The notes under the pieces are model-generated. The model did no database searches and was not told where the DNA came from. It saw only the letters and a list, made by a program, of their open reading frames with translations. 64,000 bases of DNA, from positions 25,710-89,709 of the forward strand of contig JAIQEV010000005.1 in NCBI GenBank assembly GCA_020073585.1. The letters are read 5' to 3'. This document shows, one piece after another, positions 36,376 to 46,029 of this stretch (position 1 is the first letter of the stretch; each line of letters begins with the position of its first letter). Both the position numbers and the translations under genes were made by a program. The DNA is from Terriglobia bacterium (GTDB lineage Bacteria; Acidobacteriota; Terriglobia; Acidiferrales; UBA7541).

Positions 36376-37182
36376 ATGACCGATGCCGCGGCTACGCAGC
36401 TCAAGCAGCGTCTCGTCGCCTTCTGGAATACCCAGGAACACTATTGGGACGGAATCAGCGACGAGGTCGCCGCAAATTCACCGAATCGTGGGCGGGCGGC
36501 TTCCTTCATCCCCGAGGACTCGCGCATTCTGGACGTGGCCTGTGGCAGCGCGGCGAATGCACAGTGGCTGAAGCCCCGCGGGGCCTATTTCGGAAGTGAC
36601 ATTTCGCAGAGCGGGCTGCGCCGCGCGCAACAGCCCGAGCTGCGTCTGGCCTGCGGCGATGCCGAAGCGCTGCCCTTCGCCGACGCCTCGTTCGACGCGG
36701 CCATTTCCACATTTGCGCTGGAGCATGCGGTGCGTCCCGTGCAGATGCTGCAAGAAATGTGCCGGGTGGTGCGTCCGGGCGGACGCGTCGTCCTCCTGGG
36801 GCCGAGCTGGGATCTGCCCTTCTGGTATCCCAACGCGCTGCAGAGCAAAGTCGCAAAGCCCGGCTGGCGCCGCTCCTATACCTGGAAGCGCGTTCTCGGG
36901 CAACTCGGCGGCTGGCTCTTCGGGCGCCTGCCGTTTCTGATTATCGAGGAGCCGGACGCGTTGAGCCTCCCGTTTGTCTACGATGCGGACGCGGTCTATG
37001 TGGTCTGGTCGTACGAAGTGATCCGGCAGATGCGGCGCTGGGGGCTGCGCCTGGTGCACGGCGAAGTGGACGACCGCATGCTCGGCTTTAGCGCGCCGGT
37101 GCGCCTGCTCAAGCGCCTGCTGTACCTGCTGCCGCCCTATCGCTTTGCCGGAAGCACGGTGCTCCTGGTTTTCGAACGATGA
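36376..37182 (+). CDS. Class I SAM-dependent methyltransferase (Methyltransf_11-like)
   Basis: ILDVACGSAANAQWL, GDAEALPFADASFDAAISTFALEH, VVRPGGRVVLLGP. Confidence 0.8.
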   Translation: MTDAAATQLKQRLVAFWNTQEHYWDGISDEVAANSPNRGRAASFIPEDSRILDVACGSAANAQWLKPRGAYFGSDISQSGLRRAQQPELRLACGDAEALPFADASFDAAISTFALEHAVRPVQMLQEMCRVVRPGGRVVLLGPSWDLPFWYPNALQSKVAKPGWRRSYTWKRVLGQLGGWLFGRLPFLIIEEPDALSLPFVYDADAVYVVWSYEVIRQMRRWGLRLVHGEVDDRMLGFSAPVRLLKRLLYLLPPYRFAGSTVLLVFER

Positions 37183-38279
37183 CGATTCTGGTTCTCTGCC
37201 GGGAAGACAATCTGTGCAATACCCTTGCTTGCTATGCGCGGGCCTTGCGCCGGCGCGGCGTCCGGCTGGTCTGCATGGAGACGGGGTTTCCCTTCAACGG
37301 CGCGCTGCAGGACTGCTTGAGCCTTTGCCCGGAACACCCCTCCCTGATTCTGCATCCCGAGGCGGACGTGCCCTATCTGCCCTGGGGGCTGGCCAAGGTG
37401 GACATTCCCACGGCGTGCTTCCAGGTGGACACCTACGCGTACACGCAGCGCCGCATCGCCTGGTCAATGCTGTTCGACCAAGCAATCGTCTTTCACCCGG
37501 GATACGATGCGCTGTTCCAGAAGGCGGGCCATCCTGGAGCGTGTTTCTTCGCGCACGCCGTGGAGGCGGAGCTTTTTGGGGGAGCGGAGCTCGAGCGCAT
37601 CTTCGACGTCGGCTGGGTGGGGCAGGTGAACGGGCCCATGTACGGTATGCGCGGACCTGTTCTCTCCGCCCTTGCGCAGGCATTCCGCATGAACGAACTT
37701 GCGCGCCGGTACACGCTTCAGGAGATGGCCCGGGTCTACCGGCAATCCAAGATTGTCGTGAACATCGGAAGAGATGATTACCCCCAGGATGCCAACCTGC
37801 GGACTTTTGAGGCCATGGCCGCGGGAGCTCTTCTAATCACCGCGCTGCCCAGTGAGCTGACGCAGATCGGTTTTGAAGACGGAGTGCACTTCCTCGGCTA
37901 CCGGGACACTGGAGAGATCACCTTTCTTGTCCGAAAGTATCTCGACGACGAACCGGCGCGGAAGCGCATCGCCGAAGCCGGCCGCGAGAAGGTGCTGCGC
38001 GAGCACACGTATGATGTGCGCGTGGAAAAATGGCTGGAGCGCGCCGCCCAGGACGCCGGAAAATTGCAGGCCCCGGCGCGCCACTGGCCCGAAGGCCGCG
38101 TGCGCCGCATCTATCTCGATTATTTCGCGGCCAACGGCGCCCTGGCGCAGGCCGCCGCGGAGTTGCCGAAGATCGCGCGGCACAACCTCAAGGACGCGCT
38201 CATCGGCGCGGCGCTGCTGGGGCGCGCCGGGAGCAAGCGCCTCGCCGCCAAGCTGCGCCCCAGGAGCCAGCCCGCATGA
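37179..38279 (+). CDS. CgeB-like / Glyco_trans_1_2-type glycosyltransferase
   Basis: YRQSKIVVNIGRDDYPQDANLRTFEAMAAGALLIT ... HFLGYRD ... EAGREKVLREHTYDVRVEKWL matches the CgeB/DUF3880-type pattern. ATGA overlap upstream. Confidence 0.65.
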   Translation: MTILVLCREDNLCNTLACYARALRRRGVRLVCMETGFPFNGALQDCLSLCPEHPSLILHPEADVPYLPWGLAKVDIPTACFQVDTYAYTQRRIAWSMLFDQAIVFHPGYDALFQKAGHPGACFFAHAVEAELFGGAELERIFDVGWVGQVNGPMYGMRGPVLSALAQAFRMNELARRYTLQEMARVYRQSKIVVNIGRDDYPQDANLRTFEAMAAGALLITALPSELTQIGFEDGVHFLGYRDTGEITFLVRKYLDDEPARKRIAEAGREKVLREHTYDVRVEKWLERAAQDAGKLQAPARHWPEGRVRRIYLDYFAANGALAQAAAELPKIARHNLKDALIGAALLGRAGSKRLAAKLRPRSQPA

Positions 38280-39028
38280 GCCTGCGCACCGAATACGACG
38301 TCTGGCACCAGCGGGTCTTCGAGTCCGCGCCCGAGCACGAGGACGCCTCGAGCCCCTGGTACCAGCTCGTCCGCGAACGCCTGGGCCCCGTCGCCGACCT
38401 GCGCATCCTGGAAGTAGCCTGCGGGCGCGGCGGCTTCGTGCGCGAGCTGACGCGGGCGGGTGCGCGCGTCACGGGCTGCGATTTTTCCGCTGCCGCCCTG
38501 CGCGTCGGCCAGGGCAAGCTGCAACGCCTCGCGGGCCTCGATGGAATCGGGGCGGGCAGCGCCAGCGCGCCCTCTCTCGTGCAGGGCGATGCGCAGAACC
38601 TGCCTTTTGCCGACGCTTTCTTCGACGTAATCGTTTCCTGCGAGACCATCGAGCACGTCCCCGATCCCTGGGCCGCCCTGCGCGAGATGTACCGCATTAC
38701 ACGGCCGGGCGGCCGGCTGTTTCTGACCACGCCCAATTACTCCAACTTCATGGGTCTCTACGATCTCTACGCGCGCTTCCGGCATCCCGGACGCAAGGAC
38801 GACCAGCCCTTCGACCGCCGCCAGTGGTTTCCGCAGATCCGCAATTACGTGCGCCGCGGCGGCTGGACCATCCGGCACACCGACGGCACCGTACACCAGT
38901 TCCCGTTCATCCCCGGGCGCAATCCCGTGGCCTTTCCCAGCCTGGAAAAAAACCATGCGCTGCGCAAGCTCCTCAGCCCCCTGGCCTTTCACTACTTCGT
39001 GATCGCGGAAAAGCGGAGCGCCGCCTAA
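38276..39028 (+). CDS. Class I SAM-dependent methyltransferase
   Basis: ILEVACGRGGFVREL, GDAQNLPFADAFFDVIVSCETIEHVPDP, ITRPGGRLFLTTPN. ATGA overlap upstream. Confidence 0.8.
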   Translation: MSLRTEYDVWHQRVFESAPEHEDASSPWYQLVRERLGPVADLRILEVACGRGGFVRELTRAGARVTGCDFSAAALRVGQGKLQRLAGLDGIGAGSASAPSLVQGDAQNLPFADAFFDVIVSCETIEHVPDPWAALREMYRITRPGGRLFLTTPNYSNFMGLYDLYARFRHPGRKDDQPFDRRQWFPQIRNYVRRGGWTIRHTDGTVHQFPFIPGRNPVAFPSLEKNHALRKLLSPLAFHYFVIAEKRSAA

Positions 39029-40171
39029 ATGCGCATCCTGATCGCCGCTCCCGTCTCTAGGCAGCGCGAAGGTGGCGTCGCCAACGTGGTCCACAACACC
39101 GCCGAAGGCCTGCGCGCTCGCGGCCACCAGGTCACCTGCCTTTTCCGGGAAGATCTTCTGCCGCGGCCAGTGGCCTTCCCGCGCTTCGAAGCGCTCTATT
39201 TCGCCGTGCGCCTGGCCCGCGAGCTGCGCCGCCGCCGCGCCGAGTTCGACGTCGTCAACATCCATGCCCCCACCGGCTTCGTCTACGGGCTGCTGCGCCG
39301 CCTGCGCCGCGCCGGCGGCCTGCCTCCCTATGTCATGCTGCTGCACGGCCTCGAAGAGCGCCGCAATCACGCCATGGCGCGCGAAGCGCAGAAGGGCCGC
39401 GCCTGGTATTTCCGCTGGAAAAACCGCGTCTGGCAGCGCCTCTACCACATGCCGCTCTATCGCTGGTCCATCACCACCGCGGACCACGCCGTGGTCATCA
39501 ACCGCGAGACCTGGAGCATGCTGCAGCTCAAGTACCGTCGGGAGATCGGCCGCGTCTGGTATATTCCCAACGGGATCGAACCGCGCTTCTTTCTCCCCCG
39601 GGACTATCCCGAGGGCCGCGCCCTGCGTCTGCTTTTTGCCGGAACCTGGATCGACCACAAGGGCGTCTATTACCTGTGCGAGGGTTTCGAAACTCTGGCG
39701 CAGCGCCACCCGGACGTGCGCTTGACCATCGCGGGCTGCGCGGCAAACGCGGAAACCGTGAAACAGGCTTTCGCCGCGGGCGCGCGCGATCGCGTCGAGG
39801 TTCTGCCCTTCGTCTCCGCTGCGGAGATGCCCGCGCTCTATGCGCGGCATGACATTTTCGTCTTCCCCTCCTTGATGGAGGGGTTGCCCATCGTGCTGCT
39901 GGAAGCGATGGCCACGGGGATGCCCGTGGTGACTACGGAAACCTGCGGGATGATGGACATGGTCGAAGACGAATACAACGGCTTGCTGGTAAAGCCGGCG
40001 GACAGCGCTGCCTTTGCCGCGGCCATCGAGCGCATGATGGATTCGCCGGAACTGCGCCGCCAGCTCGGCCGCGCCGCCCAGGAAACCATGCGGCGCCACA
40101 CCTGGGAGCGCACCGCCGCGCAGCTGGAGAAGGTCTTCGCGCTGGCTACCGCGGAAGAGGAAAGGAAATGA
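39029..40171 (+). CDS. Glycosyltransferase family 4 (GT-B, retaining type)
   Basis: FVFPSLMEGLPIVLLEAMATGMPVVTTETCGMMDMVEDEYNGLLV (E-x7-E motif). The start abuts the upstream stop. Confidence 0.85.
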   Translation: MRILIAAPVSRQREGGVANVVHNTAEGLRARGHQVTCLFREDLLPRPVAFPRFEALYFAVRLARELRRRRAEFDVVNIHAPTGFVYGLLRRLRRAGGLPPYVMLLHGLEERRNHAMAREAQKGRAWYFRWKNRVWQRLYHMPLYRWSITTADHAVVINRETWSMLQLKYRREIGRVWYIPNGIEPRFFLPRDYPEGRALRLLFAGTWIDHKGVYYLCEGFETLAQRHPDVRLTIAGCAANAETVKQAFAAGARDRVEVLPFVSAAEMPALYARHDIFVFPSLMEGLPIVLLEAMATGMPVVTTETCGMMDMVEDEYNGLLVKPADSAAFAAAIERMMDSPELRRQLGRAAQETMRRHTWERTAAQLEKVFALATAEEERK

Positions 40172-40175
40172 CCGC

Positions 40176-40952
40176 GTGGAAGCAAGCGTAACCAAATCGA
40201 TGCGCCGGGACTGGGACGAACGCGCCCGGAAAAACGCCTTTCACTACATCGCCTCGTGGCGCAAGGAATGGGACCTCGATTCCTTCCTGGCCTCCGGCGA
40301 GGAGGACGTCAGCCGCCTGGTGCTGCCCGCTCTCGCGCGCTGCGTTCTGCCCACCACCGGCCAGCGCATGCTCGAACTCGGCTGCGGCGCGGGCCGCATG
40401 ACCCACAGCTTCGCCCGCCGCTTCGAACACGTCTACGCCTTCGACCTTTCCCGCGAGATGCTCGCGCGCGCCCGCCAGATTCACAGCGAACGGAAAAATA
40501 TCCTCTGGCTGCTCAGCAACGGCGCCGATCTCTCCTGCGTCGCTTCCGGCTCCATGGATTTCGTCTTCAGCTATCTGGTGCTGCAGCATCTCCCCGAGGA
40601 GACCCTCGCTTTCCAGTACATCCGCGAGATGCTGCGCGTGCTGCGCCCCGGCGGCGCCATCCTCTTCCAGTTCAACGGCGGCTTCGCCCCCACCATGAAC
40701 TGGCGCGGCCGCCTGGCCTGGGGCATCGTGGACGCCCTGTGGTCCGCGAATCTGCGCGCCCTGAGCCGCGCCGCGGCCTCCGCCCTCGGCCTGGACCCCA
40801 GCGCGGCCGGCAAGAGCTGGCGCGGCGCGGCCATCGCCGCTCCGCGCATTGCCGAACTGCTGCGCGCCGCGGGCGGCGAGGTCCGGGAGATGACCGGGGA
40901 AGATACGCCCCTGGCGTGGTGCTGCGGCGTGAAAGCCGCGGGAAAGGCCTGA
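40176..40952 (+). CDS. Class I SAM-dependent methyltransferase
   Basis: MLELGCGAGRMT, MDFVFSYLVLQHLPEE, VLRPGGAILFQF. Confidence 0.75.
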   Translation: MEASVTKSMRRDWDERARKNAFHYIASWRKEWDLDSFLASGEEDVSRLVLPALARCVLPTTGQRMLELGCGAGRMTHSFARRFEHVYAFDLSREMLARARQIHSERKNILWLLSNGADLSCVASGSMDFVFSYLVLQHLPEETLAFQYIREMLRVLRPGGAILFQFNGGFAPTMNWRGRLAWGIVDALWSANLRALSRAAASALGLDPSAAGKSWRGAAIAAPRIAELLRAAGGEVREMTGEDTPLAWCCGVKAAGKA

Positions 40953-40958
40953 GACGCA

Positions 40959-42635
40959 ATGCTGACCCTGGGGATCAACTATTCGCAGATGCACGATTCT
41001 TCGGCATGCATCGTGCGCGACGGCGAGCTGCTCTTCGCCGTCGCCGAAGAGCGCCTCAGCCGCCTCAAGCATGACGCGGGCTTCCCGCACCTGGCCATCC
41101 GCGCCTGCCTCGATTTCGCGCAGGCCCAGCCGGGCGATCTCGACGAAGTGTGCTTCGGCTGGCAGGCCCCGGGGCCGCTCTTCCGCCACGACCTGAAATG
41201 TTACGCCACCGGCCGCCAGCCCCTCACCTATCTCAATCTCCTCAATTCCACCCGCTACTTCCTCAGCATGTGGCACCAGCAGGGCGGCGCCAAGCGCTTC
41301 GCGCAGCACTTCGGCCCCACGAAGGCGCGCATGCGCTTTGTGGACCACCACCTTGCGCATGCCCTCAGCACCTTCGGTTACTCCGGCTATGGCGACGCCG
41401 CCGTGCTGGTCATGGACGGCCGCGGCGCGTGGGAAGCCACCTCCATCTGGCATGGCCGCGATAACCGCCTCGAGCACGTGCTCACCATCCCCTGGCCGAA
41501 TTCCCTGGGCCTTTTCTACGCGGAGTTCACACAGTACCTCGGCTTTCAGAAATACAGCGACGAATGGAAGGTCATGGGCCTGGCGCCGTACGGCAAGCCC
41601 GGCGTGGACCTCCGCGCGTTCCTCGACCTGAGCGCCGCGCCCTACCGCGTGCACACCAAACTCCTCGCGGAGAACGCTTCCGGCTCGCTCGAGGGCATCG
41701 TCGCCCGTCTCGGCCCGGCGCGCCGGGCCGAAAGTGAAATCGAAGACCGCTACAAGGACATCGCCTACGCCGTGCAGGAGGCCTGCGAAAACGCCATGCT
41801 CAACCTGGTGCGCCTGGCCGTGGAGAAAACCGGCAGCCGCAACGTCTGCCTCGTGGGCGGCGTGGCCCTCAATTCCAAGGCCAACGGCAAGATCGCCGCT
41901 TCCGGCCTGGTGGACAAGATCTTCGTGCAGCCCGCCGCGGCCGACGACGGCGTGGCGCTCGGCGCGGCCCTCGCGCCGTACCTCGAGAACGGCCGGCGCC
42001 TGCCGGACAAGCCCATGCGCCACGGTTATCTCGGGCCGGCCTTCAGCGACGCGCAGATCGAAGCCGCGCTGCGCACCTACAAGCTGCGCTACCGCGTCCT
42101 GGCCGATCCCGCTCTCACCGCCGCCGAGCTTCTCTCCCAGGGCCGGATTCTCGGCTGGTTTCAGGGGCGCATGGAGTTCGGCCCGCGCGCGCTCGGCAGC
42201 CGCTCGATCCTGGCCGACCCCCGCGATCCGGAGATGAACGCCAAGGTCAACAACGCCGTGAAATTCCGCGAATGGTGGCGGCCCTTTGCGCCGTCCATGC
42301 TCTCCGAAAAGGCCTCCGAGTACATCGAAAGCGCCACCGATTCGCCGTTCATGATCCTGACCGCGCAGGTGAAGCCCGAAAAGCGCAGCGTCATTCCCTC
42401 CGTCACGCACGTGGACGGCAGCGCGCGCCCGCAGACCGTCGAGAAAGAGATCAATCCGCTCTATTGGCGGTTGATCGACGAATTCGGCAAGCGCACCGGA
42501 GTCTACGTGGTGATGAACACGTCGTTCAATCTGCGCGGCGAAGCCATCGTGCATACGCCGACCGATGCCATCCGCACGTTCTTCAGCTCCGGCATGGATG
42601 CGCTGGTCATCGGATCGTTCCTGGTCGAGAAATGA
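40959..42635 (+). CDS. NodU/CmcH-family O-carbamoyltransferase
   Basis: MLTLGINYSQMHDSSACIVRDGELLFAVAEERLSRLKHD, HHLAHALS, MDGRGAWE, GGVALNSKANG, RMEFGPRALGSRSIL, MNTSFNLRGE. Confidence 0.9.
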   Translation: MLTLGINYSQMHDSSACIVRDGELLFAVAEERLSRLKHDAGFPHLAIRACLDFAQAQPGDLDEVCFGWQAPGPLFRHDLKCYATGRQPLTYLNLLNSTRYFLSMWHQQGGAKRFAQHFGPTKARMRFVDHHLAHALSTFGYSGYGDAAVLVMDGRGAWEATSIWHGRDNRLEHVLTIPWPNSLGLFYAEFTQYLGFQKYSDEWKVMGLAPYGKPGVDLRAFLDLSAAPYRVHTKLLAENASGSLEGIVARLGPARRAESEIEDRYKDIAYAVQEACENAMLNLVRLAVEKTGSRNVCLVGGVALNSKANGKIAASGLVDKIFVQPAAADDGVALGAALAPYLENGRRLPDKPMRHGYLGPAFSDAQIEAALRTYKLRYRVLADPALTAAELLSQGRILGWFQGRMEFGPRALGSRSILADPRDPEMNAKVNNAVKFREWWRPFAPSMLSEKASEYIESATDSPFMILTAQVKPEKRSVIPSVTHVDGSARPQTVEKEINPLYWRLIDEFGKRTGVYVVMNTSFNLRGEAIVHTPTDAIRTFFSSGMDALVIGSFLVEK

Positions 42636-42645
42636 GAGCCACTCC

Positions 42646-43743
42646 ATGACCGGTCAGCGGGTGATCTCACTGCTCGGGCGGCGCGATGCGCCGACCGACG
42701 CCGTCGAGGAGTACTGCGCCTGCCTCGGCGCGGCCCTGCAGCCGCACGGCTTCGCCTGCGAGATGCTGCGCGTGCCGTGGGCGGAACGCGGCTGGTCCGC
42801 CGCGCGCGCGGAGCTGCGCCGGCAGGCCGCCGGGTGGCGCGGAGCCTGGGTCCTTCTGCAATACACCGCGCTGGCCTGGTCGCACCGCGGCTTCCCCCTG
42901 CGCGTGCCGCGCCTCTTGCGCTTGCTGAAGAAGTCCGGCGCGCGCTGCGCCGTGGTCTTCCACGACGTGCATCCCTATTCCGGCAGCCGCGTAATCGACG
43001 TCGTCCGCCAGTCCGTGCAGCGCCGGGTCATGCGCGAAACTTTCCGTCTCGCGGATCTCGCCTTCTTCACCGTTCTCCCGGAAACCCTGGCGTGGGTTCC
43101 GGATCAGCCCCACAAAGCGCTGTTCATCCCCGTGGGCGCCAACTTTCCTGCGCCGGAACGTTTCTGGAGCAGCGCGGAAAAAGATCCGGCTGCGCCGCTC
43201 AGCGTGGCCGTCTTCGGCGTGACCGGAGGAGCCCACATCGCGCGCGAAGCGCGCGTGATCGCCCAGGCCGTGCGCTTTGCCGCGCCGCAGACGGGCCGCC
43301 TGCGCCTCGTGGTTCTCGGCCGCCATTCCCAGGAAGCCCGCGGCGCCTTCGAAAGGGAATTGGACGCTTCGCGCATCGAGCTGCAAACCCTGGGCGTGCT
43401 GCCCGCCGAGGACGTGGCGCGCACGCTGGCGCAAGCGGATGTGCTGCTCTTCGCGCGCGGGCAGATCTCCACGCGCCGCAGCAGCGCCCTAGCGGGCATC
43501 GCCTGCGGCCTCCCGGTCGTCGCCTACAGCGGCCCGGACACCACCGCGCCCATCACCGAAGCGGGAGTGGTCCTGGTAAAGGAAAGCGACAGCGAAGGCC
43601 TCGCCGCCGCTCTCGAGCGCGTCCTCGGCGATGCGCGCTTGCGCGGCGTCCTGCGCCAGCGCAGCCGCTGCGCCCAGCAAAACTATTTTTCCTGGAGCGC
43701 CATCGCCGCGCGCTACGCCGCGGCCCTGCGCAACCCCGGCTGA
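42646..43743 (+). CDS. GT-B-fold glycosyltransferase (GT1/GT4-like, divergent)
   Basis: Start at ATG 42646. Two Rossmann-like halves. C-terminal half VVLGRHSQE...ADVLLFARG...ALAGIACGLPVVAY...VLV resembles the nucleotide-sugar-binding half of GT-B enzymes. Confidence 0.55.
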   Translation: MTGQRVISLLGRRDAPTDAVEEYCACLGAALQPHGFACEMLRVPWAERGWSAARAELRRQAAGWRGAWVLLQYTALAWSHRGFPLRVPRLLRLLKKSGARCAVVFHDVHPYSGSRVIDVVRQSVQRRVMRETFRLADLAFFTVLPETLAWVPDQPHKALFIPVGANFPAPERFWSSAEKDPAAPLSVAVFGVTGGAHIAREARVIAQAVRFAAPQTGRLRLVVLGRHSQEARGAFERELDASRIELQTLGVLPAEDVARTLAQADVLLFARGQISTRRSSALAGIACGLPVVAYSGPDTTAPITEAGVVLVKESDSEGLAAALERVLGDARLRGVLRQRSRCAQQNYFSWSAIAARYAAALRNPG

Positions 43744-43752
43744 CGGATTCCC

Positions 43753-45963
43753 CTACCAGCTCTTCGCCAGCACCGCGATGATCCGCGCCAGGGCGTCCGC
43801 GTCGCGCGTGTCAATCACCTCCGCGGGCGAGTGCGAGTACCGCAGCGGCCAGCCCAGCGCGATGTCCACCGCGCCGTAGCGCGTAAAGACCGCGCCGTCG
43901 TTCCCGCCGCCGGTCACCCCATATTGCGCCGGTATCCGGTTCTCCCGCGCCAGCGCCAGCACGCGCTCCACGTACTCCCGCGGCACGATGTTCGAATTGT
44001 CCACCGCGCGCACCACGAACCCCTTGCCGGTCTCCGCATCGGCAAAGCGCTTCGATTCCAGCGGCGAATCCGCGCTCACAAAGGTGTCGATGGCGAAGAC
44101 GAAATCCGCAGCCTGGCCCTCTTTCGCCATGCGCTCGGCCGCGGCCGCCGCCCCCTTCAGTCCCACCTCTTCTTCGGTGGACCAGATAAACGTCACGTCA
44201 CGCCCCGCCAGCTCCGGCTCCGGCCCCAGCGCCCGCACCGCTTCCACCAGCGCCGCGCAACCCACGCGGTCGTCGAAGCTCCGCCCATTCGCCCGCGTTC
44301 CCAGCAGCGCCCGGTACTCCTTGAGAATCGTCACCCAGTCGCCCGCCTGGATCCCCAGCTTCCGCGTTTCTTCCGCCGATTTCGTGCCCACATACACATG
44401 CGACGCTTCGTCCATCGCCTTCATTCCGCGCGGCCATTCGAACCCCGGCTGATCCCATCCGCCGGGCAGCTCGAGCACCCCGCCTACCGAACTGCCGTCC
44501 GCCTTGTGCACCAGCACGGCGTGCCCGAGAAAATATTCGGTGAAGCCCCCGCCCAGCACGTCCACCAGCAGCCGCCCGTCCGGCTCGATCACCCGCACCT
44601 GGTAGCCGATCTCGTCCATGTGCGCGGCGAAGACGATGCGCGGCGTCTTGGCCCCCGGCTTGGCGCCGCCGAGATGCAGGATCAAGTTCCCCGCCGCGTC
44701 CGTCTCCGGCTTCGCCCATTTCGGCAGCAACCGCCGCACGGTGTCCCGCACCATTCCTTCGTGCCCGCTCGCACCGTACGCGCGCACCAGCGCCGCGAGT
44801 GGCGCATCGACGGAGGCCTCGGGCCCCGCGTGATCGGGTATGCCCGGGGAATGCGGCTGCGCCGCTCCGGCATACAGCGTCAGCAGGTTCGCAAGCTGCG
44901 CGAGGTCCGCGGAGTTCACTACTTCGCCTGGCGTGATCGCCCCCAGCGTCGGCACGAAAACCTGCGCGAACCGCGCGGGAAGCGCGCTGGCCTTGGCGTA
45001 GCCGGCGATGCGCGGCGGCGCAGCCATCACCGTTTGCATCGGAATGTGACTGGCCTCGGCGAGTTTCTTGATGGCGGCCGGAAACTCCGCGAGTGCCGCA
45101 GCCGCATCGGGCACCCCCAGCAGCGCGCCGCTGCCCGGTGGCACGGCCGCGCCCGCCGCCGCATTCGACTTTGGCGGAAACAGCCGCCCCACGTAGATCA
45201 TCTCGTCGGGATGAATTTCGTTCAGCAGGCGGTCCAAGCCGCGGCCGCCGGTCCACTGCTGGGTGACAAACGCCACCGTCAGCGTGCCGCGGATGCGGCT
45301 GCGGTCCAAATTCTCCAGCAGGGCCATGAGCGCCGCGGCCCCGGCGCGGTCGCCCAGCGCCGGCCCGGCCAGGGAGCTCGCGCCCACGGAGAACGCGCTG
45401 CGCTGCAGGGCCACCGCATCGAGCACGTCCACCCCGGCGGCGCGCGCCTCTTCCGCGCTGCCCGCTCCGATGTCCACGTACATCTCATCCGGATGGGCCA
45501 TCTTTGGCGCGTTCTGCCGCGCCGGCTGCAGGTGCACCGAGAGACCCGCAAACACGCCCGCAATCTTCTTTCCCCCGCGCGTCATCACCCACACCGGCTG
45601 CGCCGCATGCAGCAGATCGAACACCGCGTGCGGCGCGGCCTGCGGCAGCCGCTGCACGCGCAAAAACCCGTCGGGCGTGATGGCGCTCACCACATAGCCC
45701 GGCTCGTCCACCGCGGTCACGATCAGCCGGTGCGGCGCACCGCTCCCCAGCGTGACGTAGACATTGCCCAAATTGTCCGTCCGCGGCGAAAATCCCTTCA
45801 ATTCCTCGCGCAGTTCCGCGGCCAACTGCTGTTCATACCCCGCCACCGCCGGTGTGGCCTCCAGTTCCCCGAGAAGCGCCTCCGGGGACTGCGCGCCGGC
45901 CCGCGCCGGCAGCAGCAAGAGCGGGAAGAACAGGCAAACCAACCGCCATGGAATTTTTCGCAC
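43753..45963 (-). CDS. Secreted tandem M42-family metallopeptidase (degenerate N-terminal copy plus intact C-terminal copy)
   Basis: Signal peptide MRKIPWRLVCLFFPLLLLPARAGA. C-terminal half keeps AAHMDEIGY, FDDRVGCAAL, STEEEVGLKGA, GGGNDG. N-terminal half has TAVDEPGY, LGDRAGAAAL, VTQQWTGGRG at the same positions. Confidence 0.75.
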   Translation of the reverse strand: MRKIPWRLVCLFFPLLLLPARAGAQSPEALLGELEATPAVAGYEQQLAAELREELKGFSPRTDNLGNVYVTLGSGAPHRLIVTAVDEPGYVVSAITPDGFLRVQRLPQAAPHAVFDLLHAAQPVWVMTRGGKKIAGVFAGLSVHLQPARQNAPKMAHPDEMYVDIGAGSAEEARAAGVDVLDAVALQRSAFSVGASSLAGPALGDRAGAAALMALLENLDRSRIRGTLTVAFVTQQWTGGRGLDRLLNEIHPDEMIYVGRLFPPKSNAAAGAAVPPGSGALLGVPDAAAALAEFPAAIKKLAEASHIPMQTVMAAPPRIAGYAKASALPARFAQVFVPTLGAITPGEVVNSADLAQLANLLTLYAGAAQPHSPGIPDHAGPEASVDAPLAALVRAYGASGHEGMVRDTVRRLLPKWAKPETDAAGNLILHLGGAKPGAKTPRIVFAAHMDEIGYQVRVIEPDGRLLVDVLGGGFTEYFLGHAVLVHKADGSSVGGVLELPGGWDQPGFEWPRGMKAMDEASHVYVGTKSAEETRKLGIQAGDWVTILKEYRALLGTRANGRSFDDRVGCAALVEAVRALGPEPELAGRDVTFIWSTEEEVGLKGAAAAAERMAKEGQAADFVFAIDTFVSADSPLESKRFADAETGKGFVVRAVDNSNIVPREYVERVLALARENRIPAQYGVTGGGNDGAVFTRYGAVDIALGWPLRYSHSPAEVIDTRDADALARIIAVLAKSW

Positions 45964-46029
45964 GAGTAAACTCCTTCGGGGGAATTCTACGCGAGGTCCC
46001 GCTCTGGAGATAGCCCGCGGGCGAGCCCG

